DNA of 37,409 nt, taken from positions 1-37,409 of the forward strand of contig JACRKZ010000040.1 in the NCBI GenBank assembly GCA_016235455.1. The letters are read 5' to 3'. The notes under the pieces are model-generated. The model was not told where the DNA came from. It ran no database searches and saw only the letters and a list, made by a program, of their open reading frames with translations. Origin of the DNA: Armatimonadota bacterium. Lineage in GTDB: Bacteria > Armatimonadota > UBA10988. Position numbers and translations under genes: made by a program. This document shows positions 22,501 to 30,871 of this stretch, one piece after another. Within the stretch, counting starts at the first letter, position 1. Each line of letters begins with the position of its first letter.

Positions 22501-22802
22501 CTGTGCAGCTCCTTCGCTCTTTGGCCGCCGCCCGCAATGGACGACGACCTGACAACCACGCTCTGAATGTGCGCCAAGCTCGGGCCACCCACGGTGCCCG
22601 ATGCCCCCCCGGACCCTAATGAGACTGCAAGCGCTTGACCATGGCTCAGACCGCCTCGACAGTCGGATTCGCGGAGTCCGATGTCGGGCTTTTCGTGCGC
22701 TCGGTGGACTCCGCCGGGTGCGCGGCGCGCCCCGGCCGGCAGATCTCGTGGCGCCGCGAAGGTGGGCAGGTCAGAGGGCCCGCACCGCGCATCGATGCGC
22801 CC

Positions 22803-23471
22803 TCAACCCGCCTCGGCCCGCCCGTACAACGCGCACCGGCCGCGCCGCCCGGTCATCACCGTCACCCCCGACTTGGCCAGCCCGTAGGCGATTTTGCGTG
22901 CCAGATCAACGTTCACCCCCAGCGTCTCGCGCAGGTCGGGCACAGTGAACGGGTCGGGCAGTTCCGCCGGCAGCAGCGCCAGCAGGTCGGCCGGCTCGCC
23001 CACCACCCGCCGGTCGAGCACCTCCAGTAGTTGCCGGTCGAGCATCTTCACGCCGACTCGGTTCCGCCAGCGGTGCGGCCGGCCCTGCGCGTCGCGCAGC
23101 TCGCGCTGACGGCACAGCAGCACCTCCAGTCGCACGTTCTCGCGGGCCAGCAGCGGCGCTATCGAGGGCAGCTCGAGGAAGACGTTCAGCGCGCTGCCGC
23201 GCTTGGGCGAACGGCGCTCGGAGAGCACCTCGCCGGTCTCGGTGTCGACCTTGACCAGCAGCTTCTCGGCCGCCACGGGATGCACGATGACCACCGGCCA
23301 GCGCTGTGACAGCACATCCACCTTGTCGCGCAGGGCGCGGAAGCGGCCGGTCTGGATCTCATAGATCACGCCGTCGCGAACCACATCGACGCGAAATCCG
23401 TCTACGATGATCTCGGTCTGTCCGTCGTCGCCGGCATACAGGTCTTGGAGTGTGCGATGCAGATTCGTCAT
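22803..23471 (-). CDS. Hypothetical protein, probable PD-(D/E)XK nuclease-like fold with C-terminal HTH-like region
   Basis: 'LHRTLQDLY...EIIVDGFRVDVVRDGVIYEIQTG' (D...ExQ pattern). Start taken at ATG 23471; the upstream part of the 599-aa ORF is the shadow of the + strand gene. Confidence 0.7.
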   Translation of the reverse strand: MTNLHRTLQDLYAGDDGQTEIIVDGFRVDVVRDGVIYEIQTGRFRALRDKVDVLSQRWPVVIVHPVAAEKLLVKVDTETGEVLSERRSPKRGSALNVFLELPSIAPLLARENVRLEVLLCRQRELRDAQGRPHRWRNRVGVKMLDRQLLEVLDRRVVGEPADLLALLPAELPDPFTVPDLRETLGVNVDLARKIAYGLAKSGVTVMTGRRGRCALYGRAEAG

Positions 23472-24680
23472 GAGCGCCCGCGTCCCAGGGTTGGAGTGGC
23501 CGCATGGCTCGCGGGTTGCGCGTTGCTGCCGGCACTTGTGCTGGCCGCCGAGCCGGTCACGGTCCAACTCATGCCGTTCGCCGACCAGCGCGGCTCGGCA
23601 CTGCCTCGGCTGCTGGACCTGGCCGATGTGGCCTACGACGCGCGTTGGTGCCGCTCGCCGCAGCCGCCGATGGTCTTCCAGGTCAGCTATGACCCAGCGC
23701 CCGCCGACGCGCGGTTCCGGGCCACGGTCACCGCGCACGGGCTCCGGCCCAACGCCTGCTACCAACTCAAGCTGATGGGTCGGCCTGGCACGCCGAGCGG
23801 CCGGGGCTTGTGGCCCGACGGCGAGCCGAAGATCAACGATTGGCTCGGCCGACACGGCCGCTGGTGGGACTTCGCCCGCGAGCGCACCGTCGACAACTTC
23901 GCCAACGATGTCGAGACGCGCCACCTGACGCCGGCCCAGCGCGGCTGGGTGGCGGGCTATATCTTCTTCGCCGGCCTGGTCACCGACGAGTACGGCGCGG
24001 TAGGCCCGATGCCGGTCGTCGCCGACCACTCCTGGCACATCACCGGCCGCACCGGCCAGGAGAGCCAACTCAACCGCGAACCGGGCACCGACCGCCAGGT
24101 CAGCCTGCGCCGCCGGCCCCCAGCCTATTCGCCCATGGCCAGCAGCGGCAGCGCCACGCTGTGGATGGAGGCCGAGCGCGACGATCCGCCCGAACTGCCG
24201 CTGCTGCCGCCCGGCCGACATGATCTCGTGCTGCTGGTCACCGAGGAGACCTTCCACGCCGAGACCGCCGCCGGTGGCGGATGGCGCTCGGTGCTCGTCA
24301 GCGACTGGCCGACGACGACCTCGCCGCACAGCGGGCGGCCCTGGGTGACCCAGCGTGGCGCGCCGATCCAGGTGACCGTGGCGCCGCGCGCCGCCGATCC
24401 GCCGACCGTCTGGCTGCGCCTGCCGCGGCCGGGCGACGCGGTCTACGGCGAGACACTGGTGCAGGTGTCTGCCGAAGCCTGGGACAACGCCGCCGTGACC
24501 GTCGAGTGCGCGGTCGACGGCGGGGCGTGGGAGCCGCTGGACCTCAACGAGGAGACGGGCTACTTCGAGGCCATGCCCTCGCTGCCCGGTGATCAGGCGC
24601 ACCGCATCGCCGTCCGCGCGCGCGACGCCGAAGGGCGCCAGACGGTGTTGCCCGACCGCGTCTTCGCGCAGCCCAGGTGA
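23457..24680 (+). CDS. Secreted hypothetical protein with C-terminal Ig-like domain (start uncertain: ATG 23457 or GTG 23496)
   Basis: Signal-like 'VAAWLAGCALLPALVLA'; C-terminal 'PPTV...P..GD.V.G...V.AEAWDN..V.VECAVDG...HRIAVRARDAEG' resembles bacterial Ig-like domains. Confidence 0.7.
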   Translation: MQIRHERPRPRVGVAAWLAGCALLPALVLAAEPVTVQLMPFADQRGSALPRLLDLADVAYDARWCRSPQPPMVFQVSYDPAPADARFRATVTAHGLRPNACYQLKLMGRPGTPSGRGLWPDGEPKINDWLGRHGRWWDFARERTVDNFANDVETRHLTPAQRGWVAGYIFFAGLVTDEYGAVGPMPVVADHSWHITGRTGQESQLNREPGTDRQVSLRRRPPAYSPMASSGSATLWMEAERDDPPELPLLPPGRHDLVLLVTEETFHAETAAGGGWRSVLVSDWPTTTSPHSGRPWVTQRGAPIQVTVAPRAADPPTVWLRLPRPGDAVYGETLVQVSAEAWDNAAVTVECAVDGGAWEPLDLNEETGYFEAMPSLPGDQAHRIAVRARDAEGRQTVLPDRVFAQPR

Positions 24681-24683
24681 GGG

Positions 24684-25907
24684 TCACACGACCCGTGCGA
24701 TGAGCCCCTTGAGATACGAACCTTCGGGGAACGACAACAGCGTGGGATGGTCGGTGGGGTGGCCCAACTCGGCCTCGAGCAACAGATCGCGGCCGGCATC
24801 CTTGGCGGCTTCGGCCACGGCGCGGTAGAACAGCGGCCGCTCCATGGCGCCGGAGCAGGAGAATGTAGCCAGCACGCCGCCAGGCCGCAGGAGCTTGATG
24901 GCCGACAGGTTGAGTTCCTTGTAGCCGCGAGCAGCCTTCTCCAGGTGTTGCTTGGAGCTGGCGAACTTGGGCGGATCGAGCACCACCACATCGAACGTGC
25001 GGCCCTCGTCGCGCATGGCGCGTAGCGCCCCGAAGGCGTTTTCGCAGAGGTACTCATGCTCGCCCGCCACGCCGTTGCGCTCGACGTTCTCGCGGCACAG
25101 CTCCAGCGCCGGCGCCGAGCTGTCGAGATGCACCACGCTCTTGGCCCCGGCCGCGCCGGCGTAGACGCCGAACCCGCCGGTGTAGCTGAACCCGTTGAGC
25201 ACGTCCGCGCCAGCGCAGTAGGCGGCCAGAGCACGGCGATTCTGGCGCTGGTCCAGATAGAAGCCCGTCTTGTGACCGGCGCGAATGTCCACGCCGAAGG
25301 TCAGCCCGTCCTGTCGAATGAGCAGATGCTCGGGCGGCTCGTCGCCGTAGAGCGTGCCGATGCTGGGCTCCAGGCCCTCGTGCTGGCGGCGATCGTCGCC
25401 ATCGCTGCGCTCGAAGAGCCCGCGTGGCTGGCACACGGCGACCAGTGCGCGCGCGATAGTATCGCGCCACAACGAAGCGCCGGCGGACAACGTCTGAAAC
25501 ACCACGTAGTCGCCGTAGCGGTCGACGATGAGCCCCGGCAGCAGGTCGTTCTCGGAGAAGACGAGCCGGTAGGCGTCGGTGTCGCTGTCGGCCAGCGCCG
25601 CGCGCCGGCCCACGGCATCGGCGATACGCTGCGCCCACAGCGTCTCGGTGACCAGCTCGTTCTCGTCGTAGGTCATCATGCGAACGGCGATGCGGCTCTC
25701 ACAGTTGTAGCTGCCGCGGCCCGCGAACCGGCCCTTGCCGTCGACCAACTCCACTGTCACGCCCAGGGGCAGGTTCTTGGGTGGACGCACGAGCGCCTGT
25801 TCAAACACCCACGGGTGGCGTCGGCTCAGCGAGTCGCCGCGCTCGCGCACCACGGTCAGCTTGGGCGGCGGGTCGAAACAGGCCAGTAGGGCATTCGGCT
25901 GTTGCAT
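24684..25907 (-). CDS. rlmI: Class I SAM-dependent rRNA methyltransferase (RlmI/YccW family)
   Basis: PUA 'RRHPWVF', 'YRLVFSENDLLPGLIVDRY', 'GHKTGFYLDQRQNR', 'VLNGFSYTGGF', 'FDVVVLDPPKF', 'TFSCS', 'FPEGSYLK'. Confidence 0.88.
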   Translation of the reverse strand: MQQPNALLACFDPPPKLTVVRERGDSLSRRHPWVFEQALVRPPKNLPLGVTVELVDGKGRFAGRGSYNCESRIAVRMMTYDENELVTETLWAQRIADAVGRRAALADSDTDAYRLVFSENDLLPGLIVDRYGDYVVFQTLSAGASLWRDTIARALVAVCQPRGLFERSDGDDRRQHEGLEPSIGTLYGDEPPEHLLIRQDGLTFGVDIRAGHKTGFYLDQRQNRRALAAYCAGADVLNGFSYTGGFGVYAGAAGAKSVVHLDSSAPALELCRENVERNGVAGEHEYLCENAFGALRAMRDEGRTFDVVVLDPPKFASSKQHLEKAARGYKELNLSAIKLLRPGGVLATFSCSGAMERPLFYRAVAEAAKDAGRDLLLEAELGHPTDHPTLLSFPEGSYLKGLIARVV

Positions 25908-25932
25908 CGCGTTGCTTTCCCGTGGCACGGGC

Positions 25933-27054
25933 TCACTCACCGATGCCCGACGAGCCCTGCCCACTGGTGGCGGGCGCCTTGGCGCCGTCCTTGTCGGGTG
26001 CGTGGGCTGGCGGCGGCGCCGGAGCACCAGCCGCGGGTGCCGGAGCACCGGCCGCGGGTGGCGGAGTGGGAGCAGTGGGAGCCGACACAGGCGGTAGGGC
26101 GCCGGGCACGTCGGCCGCGGTGCGCCAACGACCGGTAGGATCGATGCGCTGCAGCGCGGCGGCCGCATAGGCATGGCCGGGCACCAGGCGCACGAGTTCG
26201 CGGTAGGTGACCGCCGCTTCGGGGTAGCTGCGCGTGGCTTCCAGGGCGTAGGCCAGCCAGAGCAGCGCCAGGGCGTCGTTGGGCCGGCGCGAGACGATCA
26301 GTCGCGCCTCCTCCAGCACGGCTTGCGAATAGCCGCGCTGTAGCAACTGCAGGCCCTTGCCGATGCGCTCGCGGGCTTCGGCCTCGCTCATGGTGGGCAC
26401 CGCGGGCTTGACGACGGCCGCTGGGGCGGTGCCCGTCGCGGGCGCGGTGCCGGGCGCCGCGGCGGCACCGGGCGCCGCCGGCTTGCCCGAGCCCTCGCCG
26501 GTGCCGGCCGCGCCTTCCGCGTCCTTGGGGTTGATCAGATCGTTGACGGCCTGCCCGATCTGCGGGCCCAGGTCGGTGCTGGTGGCGGTCTGGTCAACGC
26601 GCTTGACGACCACACCGTCGCGGTTGATGACCATGGCCATGGCCAGGCTCGACATGCCGAACTGTCGCGAGAGCTGGCTGCCCAGGTCATGGCCCACGGG
26701 CATGGTCAGGCTGTTGTCCTGGACGAACTTGGCGACGGTTTCGCGCACCGTGGCGCTGTTGACCAGGACGAGGACGCCGACTTTCTGCTCTTTCCAGGCT
26801 TTGTACTGGGCCTGCAGGTAGCCGACCAGGCGCAGGCCGTCGCGCGAGCGATGGTCCACAAAGGCCACCACGCCACCCGTGCCGGAGACCAGCTTGCGTA
26901 GCGAGACGGACGAGCCATTGACCGGCGCCACGGTGAACGCCGGCGCCGGCAACCCCTCCTGCCCGCTGGTGGCCACCATCTGTGCCATCGCCGCCGGGCT
27001 CAGTGTTCCGAGCAGCAGCGCCAGCCAGCCGACCCAACGTCGTCGCGCACCCAT
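25933..27054 (-). CDS. Secreted redoxin/thioredoxin-fold protein with Pro/Ala linker and TPR region
   Basis: Signal peptide; 'GLPAPAFTV...VSLRKL...VVAF...PVGHD...FGM...MVINRDGVV' matches the redoxin fold; TPR 'RPNDALALLWLAYALEATRSYPEAAVTYRELVRLVP'. Confidence 0.75.
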   Translation of the reverse strand: MGARRRWVGWLALLLGTLSPAAMAQMVATSGQEGLPAPAFTVAPVNGSSVSLRKLVSGTGGVVAFVDHRSRDGLRLVGYLQAQYKAWKEQKVGVLVLVNSATVRETVAKFVQDNSLTMPVGHDLGSQLSRQFGMSSLAMAMVINRDGVVVKRVDQTATSTDLGPQIGQAVNDLINPKDAEGAAGTGEGSGKPAAPGAAAAPGTAPATGTAPAAVVKPAVPTMSEAEARERIGKGLQLLQRGYSQAVLEEARLIVSRRPNDALALLWLAYALEATRSYPEAAVTYRELVRLVPGHAYAAAALQRIDPTGRWRTAADVPGALPPVSAPTAPTPPPAAGAPAPAAGAPAPPPAHAPDKDGAKAPATSGQGSSGIGE

Positions 27055-27106
27055 GACAAGACTCCTGTCCCCTGGACTCGTCGTGCGGCTGGCCCGATCG
27101 TGGGGA

Positions 27107-28396
27107 TCACGCGCCGCCGCGTCGGAACTCCTTTTCGACAAGCCCGATGAACTCCTTGTTCGATTCTGTACCGCGAATGCGGTCAGTCAAGAGTTGCGTG
27201 GCCTCTTCCACATCCAGGGCGCCAAGGATGCGCCGCAGGAAGTAGCTGCACTTGAGCTCGTCGCGGTCCAGCAGCAGCTCGTGGTGGCGCGTGCTCGACC
27301 GGGCGATGTTGACCGCCGGGAACAGGCCACGCTCGGCGAGCGTGCGGTCCAGGGTGAGTTCCATGTTGCCCGTGGCCTTGAACTCCTCGAAGATGTAGTC
27401 GTCCATGCGGCTGCCGGTGTCGACCAGGATCGTCGCGATGATGGTCAGGCTGCCCGCGTCCTCGATCTTGCGCGCCGCACCGAAGAAGTGCTTGGGCTCA
27501 TAGAGGGCGGCCGGGTCGAAACCACCGGTCTGCGTGCGGCCGCTGGGCGGCACGGTGAGGTTGGAGGCACGGGCATAGCGGGTCAGGCTGTCGAGCAGCA
27601 GCACCACGTCCTGGCCATGCTCGACCAGGCGGCGGGCGCGCTCGAGGGCCAGATTGGCCAGGCGCATGTGGTTTTCGGGCTTCTGGTCGAAGGTGGAGGC
27701 GATGACCTCACCGTCCACGGAGCGCTCGATGTCCGTCACCTCTTCCGGGCGCTCATCGATGAGCAGCACCATCAGATGGGCTTCGGGGTAGTTGACCATG
27801 ATGCTCTGGGCCATGTCCTTGAGCAGCGTGGTCTTGCCGGCCTTGGGCGGGGCGACGATCATGCCGCGCTGGCCCTTGCCAATCGGGCAGACCAGGTCGA
27901 CGATGCGCATGCCGGTGTCGCTGGCCTTGGACTCCAGCACCCAGCGCGGCTGCGGGTAGACCGGGGTCAGGTCCTGGAACTTGGGCCGGTTGCGGCAGGT
28001 CTCCGGGTTGTGCATGTTCAGCGCTTCGATATGCAGCAGGCTGAAGTAGCGCTCGTTGTCCTTGGGCGGACGCACCTGGCCGGCAATGAGGTCGCCCGTG
28101 CGCAGACCGAACCGCTTGATCTGCGACTGACTGACATACACGTCGTCCGGGCCCTGGGTGTAGCCGGTGAGCCGCATGAAGCCGTACCCGTCGGGCAGCA
28201 CCTCGAGGATGCCGTTGCGGAAGATCAGCCCCTTGCTCTCGGTCTGCGCCTGCAGGATGCTGAATACCAACTGGGCCTTGCGCATCGAGGAATGCTTGGG
28301 GATCTCCAGCTCGTTGGCCAGTTCGTGCAGTTCAGCGTTGGTCAACGTTTCCAGCGCCGCCAGATCGGGGTTCTTCTTGCTCTCGGTAGTTGCCAC
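27107..28396 (-). CDS. rho: Transcription termination factor Rho
   Basis: '[12 protein letters not shown]', '[19 protein letters not shown]', '[19 protein letters not shown]', '[12 protein letters not shown]', 'TGNMEL'. Confidence 0.96.
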   Translation of the reverse strand: MATTESKKNPDLAALETLTNAELHELANELEIPKHSSMRKAQLVFSILQAQTESKGLIFRNGILEVLPDGYGFMRLTGYTQGPDDVYVSQSQIKRFGLRTGDLIAGQVRPPKDNERYFSLLHIEALNMHNPETCRNRPKFQDLTPVYPQPRWVLESKASDTGMRIVDLVCPIGKGQRGMIVAPPKAGKTTLLKDMAQSIMVNYPEAHLMVLLIDERPEEVTDIERSVDGEVIASTFDQKPENHMRLANLALERARRLVEHGQDVVLLLDSLTRYARASNLTVPPSGRTQTGGFDPAALYEPKHFFGAARKIEDAGSLTIIATILVDTGSRMDDYIFEEFKATGNMELTLDRTLAERGLFPAVNIARSSTRHHELLLDRDELKCSYFLRRILGALDVEEATQLLTDRIRGTESNKEFIGLVEKEFRRGGA

Positions 28397-28447
28397 GGAT
28401 CGCCTCTCCCAGACCCACGCCGGCCGCGCGGCCGGCCCTTGGGCCGT

Positions 28448-29011
28448 TCAGTCGTCGGCCCCGGGCGCATAGACCTCGCGCCGCAGGACCCCCACATAGG
28501 GCAGGTTGCGGAAGCGCTGGTTGTAGTCCAGCCCGTAGCCCACCACAAACTCGTCGGGGATTGCCTTCCCCACGTACTCCACCTCGACGGCGACTTGCCG
28601 CCGGCTGGGCTTGTCCAGCAGCGCGCAGGCCACGACCTGCCGCGCGCCCCTCTCAGCCATGGCCCGCCGCAACTGCGCCAGGGTCAGGCCCGTATCCACA
28701 ATGTCCTCGATCAGCACCACCGGCCGATCGGTGATGTCCACGCTCAGGTCCTTGCGCCAGAGCAGCTCGCCGCTGCTCTCCGACCCGTCGTGGTAGCTGC
28801 TCACCGCCACGAAGTCGACCGTCACCTCAAAGGCCAGGCGCCTGATGAGATCGGCCATGAACACCGCCGAGCCGCACAGCGCGCCGACCAGCACCGGGTT
28901 GCGGCCCGCATAGTCGGCTGACAGCCGACCCGCCAGGTCGTCCACCAGGGCAGCGATCTCCTGCTCGGTGACGAGCACGCACGCGATGTCGCTGTCGTGG
29001 CAGGCGGTCAT
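28448..29011 (-). CDS. hpt: Hypoxanthine phosphoribosyltransferase
   Basis: 'FMADLIR', 'VSSY', PRPP loop 'VLIEDIVDTGLTL', 'LLDKPSRR', 'FVVGYGLDYNQRFRNLPY'. Confidence 0.95.
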   Translation of the reverse strand: MTACHDSDIACVLVTEQEIAALVDDLAGRLSADYAGRNPVLVGALCGSAVFMADLIRRLAFEVTVDFVAVSSYHDGSESSGELLWRKDLSVDITDRPVVLIEDIVDTGLTLAQLRRAMAERGARQVVACALLDKPSRRQVAVEVEYVGKAIPDEFVVGYGLDYNQRFRNLPYVGVLRREVYAPGADD

Positions 29012-29016
29012 GCCGC

Positions 29017-30564
29017 TTACTCCCACTCAATGGTCGCTGGCGGCTTGGAACTCAGGTCATACAGGCAGCGGTTGACGCCCGGCACTTCATTGACCACGCG
29101 CGTGGCGATCTTCTCCATGACCTCGTGGGGCAGCCGCGCCGGCCGTGCCGTCATGAAGTCGTCGGTGGTCACCGCCCGCACAATCACCGGATACAAATAC
29201 GACCGCGCGTCTCCCATGACGCCGACGCTGCGCACCGGCGCGCAGACCGTGAAGTACTGCGCAATGGCACGGTCCAGGCCGGCCAGCGCGATCTCGTCGC
29301 GCAGGATCTTGTCCGACAGCCGCACGATCTCCAGCCGGTCGGGCGTGATCTCGCCCACCACGCGCACGGCCAGGCCAGGGCCGGGGAACGGCTGGCGCCA
29401 GACCATGGAGGCAGGCAGGCCCAACTCCTCACCGACACGCCGCACTTCGTCCTTGAACAGCCAGCGCAGCGGCTCCACCAGCTTGAAGCCGAGCTTCTCG
29501 GGCAGGCCGCCCACATTGTGGTGCGACTTGATCTTGGCCGCCTTGGGGCCGCCGCTCTCGATCACGTCGGGGTAGATGGTGCCCTGGGCCAGGAACTCGA
29601 AGTCGCCCAGCTCGCGCTGGGTGTGCGTGAACACCTCGATGAACTCATGGCCGATGATGCGGCGCTTGCGTTCCGGATCGTCCACGCCCGCCAGCTTGCT
29701 CAGGAAGCGCTCGGAGGCGTCCACCGCCACCAGCTTGAGCCCGCTGTCGGCGAAGGCCGCCTTGACCTGCTCGGCCTCATCGGCGCGCAGCAGGCCGTGG
29801 TCGACGAACACGCAGGTCAGCTGGTCGCCGATGGCGCGATGGGCCAGGGCCGCCAGCACTGCCGAGTCGACGCCGCCGCTGAGCGCGCAGAGCACGCGGC
29901 CCGCGCCCACCTGCTCGCGAATGTTGTCGATGGCGTGGGTGACGAACGAGCCCATGTTCCAGTCGTTGCCGCAACCGCACACGCCGTGCACGAAGTTGGC
30001 CAGCAGCGCGCTGCCTTGCGGCGTATGGGTCACTTCCGGATGGAACTGTACCGCGTAGAACCGCCGCGCGGGATCGCCGATGGCCGCCTCCGCGCAGTTG
30101 TCCGTGGTGGCCAGCCGCAGGAAGCCGTCGGGCAGGCGCTTCGCGGCGTCGCCGTGGCTCATCCAGCACGACATGGACGATGGCAGGCCCGCGGACAGCG
30201 GCGACGCCACATTCCAGGACAGGTCCGCCGAGCCATACTCGCGGCCCTGCCCACCGGCCACTTCGCCGCCCAGGCGCGACACCATGAGGTGCAAGCCATA
30301 GCAGATGCCCAGCACGGGCACGCCCAGCGCGAAGATGCCGGGATCGCAGTCGGGCGCACCGTCCTCGTAGACGCTGGCCGGACCGCCGCTGAGAATGATG
30401 CCGCGGGGACCGCGCTGGGCCAACTGCTCGGCGCTGATCTCGCCCGGCACGATCTCGGCGTAAACGCCCTGTTCGCGCACCTTGCGGGCAATGAGTTGGC
30501 TGTACTGGGCGCCGAAATCGAGTACGAAAACCCGGTCGGCGGGGATCGGTTGCGAAGCGCTCAA
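29017..30564 (-). CDS. guaA: GMP synthase (glutamine-hydrolysing)
   Basis: '[13 protein letters not shown]', 'PVLGICYG', 'QFHPEV', 'LSGGVDS', '[11 protein letters not shown]', '[10 protein letters not shown]', C-terminal 'KPPATIEWE'. TTG start after GAGGAG. Confidence 0.97.
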   Translation of the reverse strand: MSASQPIPADRVFVLDFGAQYSQLIARKVREQGVYAEIVPGEISAEQLAQRGPRGIILSGGPASVYEDGAPDCDPGIFALGVPVLGICYGLHLMVSRLGGEVAGGQGREYGSADLSWNVASPLSAGLPSSMSCWMSHGDAAKRLPDGFLRLATTDNCAEAAIGDPARRFYAVQFHPEVTHTPQGSALLANFVHGVCGCGNDWNMGSFVTHAIDNIREQVGAGRVLCALSGGVDSAVLAALAHRAIGDQLTCVFVDHGLLRADEAEQVKAAFADSGLKLVAVDASERFLSKLAGVDDPERKRRIIGHEFIEVFTHTQRELGDFEFLAQGTIYPDVIESGGPKAAKIKSHHNVGGLPEKLGFKLVEPLRWLFKDEVRRVGEELGLPASMVWRQPFPGPGLAVRVVGEITPDRLEIVRLSDKILRDEIALAGLDRAIAQYFTVCAPVRSVGVMGDARSYLYPVIVRAVTTDDFMTARPARLPHEVMEKIATRVVNEVPGVNRCLYDLSSKPPATIEWE

Positions 30565-30742
30565 GCCTGCGCTCCTCTATTGGGGCCAAGCTAAGCAGAC
30601 GGCACGACGGTCATCACGCCGCGAAAGGCGTCGTAGACGACGAATGGTAGACACGTGCCGAATAGCCAAGGTTGCTCGGTTCTGATGCCGCGACCCGCGG
30701 CGAACCGATTGGGAGAAATGAACACACCGAGTGGCGTGTCTG
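30565..30742 (-). promoter_or_regulatory. Long structured 5' leader of the guaA operon (candidate cis-regulatory RNA)
   Basis: About 175 nt between the predicted promoter and the TTG start, containing several hairpins (see findings). Confidence 0.45.
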
Positions 30743-30747
30743 ACTCA

Positions 30748-30776
30748 CATATACCACACGCCATCGTTGGCGTCAA
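30748..30776 (-). promoter_or_regulatory. Candidate sigma70 promoter for the guaA operon
   Basis: TTGACG-N17-TATATG with TG one base upstream of the -10. Confidence 0.6.
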
Positions 30777-30779
30777 GCC

Positions 30780-30808
30780 TTGTCCACCCTGGATCAGTGG
30801 TCTATACT
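30780..30808 (+). promoter_or_regulatory. Candidate sigma70 promoter for lysA (and probably the Macro-CHAT gene)
   Basis: TTGTCC-N17-TATACT, back-to-back with the guaA promoter. Confidence 0.65.
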
Positions 30809-30871
30809 CCCGAGCCAATAGCCAGTGTCGACGGGGTCGACACTGACAATTGGCTTTGGGAGAGTCGTTCC

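Noticed and set aside
26010-26085. Short tandem DNA repeats (GGAGCACC.GCCGCGGGTG)
   Set aside because: They encode the Pro/Ala low-complexity tail of the redoxin-TPR protein and are not an independent repeat element.
30600-30680. Canonical purine riboswitch upstream of guaA
   Set aside because: Only TCTACC resembles it; no recognisable P2/P3 kissing loops (TATGG / CCGTAAA). Kept as an unclassified leader instead.
30482-30685. Arg-rich small ORF resembling ribosomal protein bL34 or a leader peptide
   Set aside because: Overlaps guaA in antisense and lacks the MKRT.QP motif; the Arg richness is explained by GC content.
30590-30870. Lysine riboswitch upstream of lysA
   Set aside because: GAAAGG and GCCGAA occur but with the wrong spacing and without the AGAGG start. 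The predicted lysA promoter lies downstream of this region, leaving only a ~60-nt UTR.
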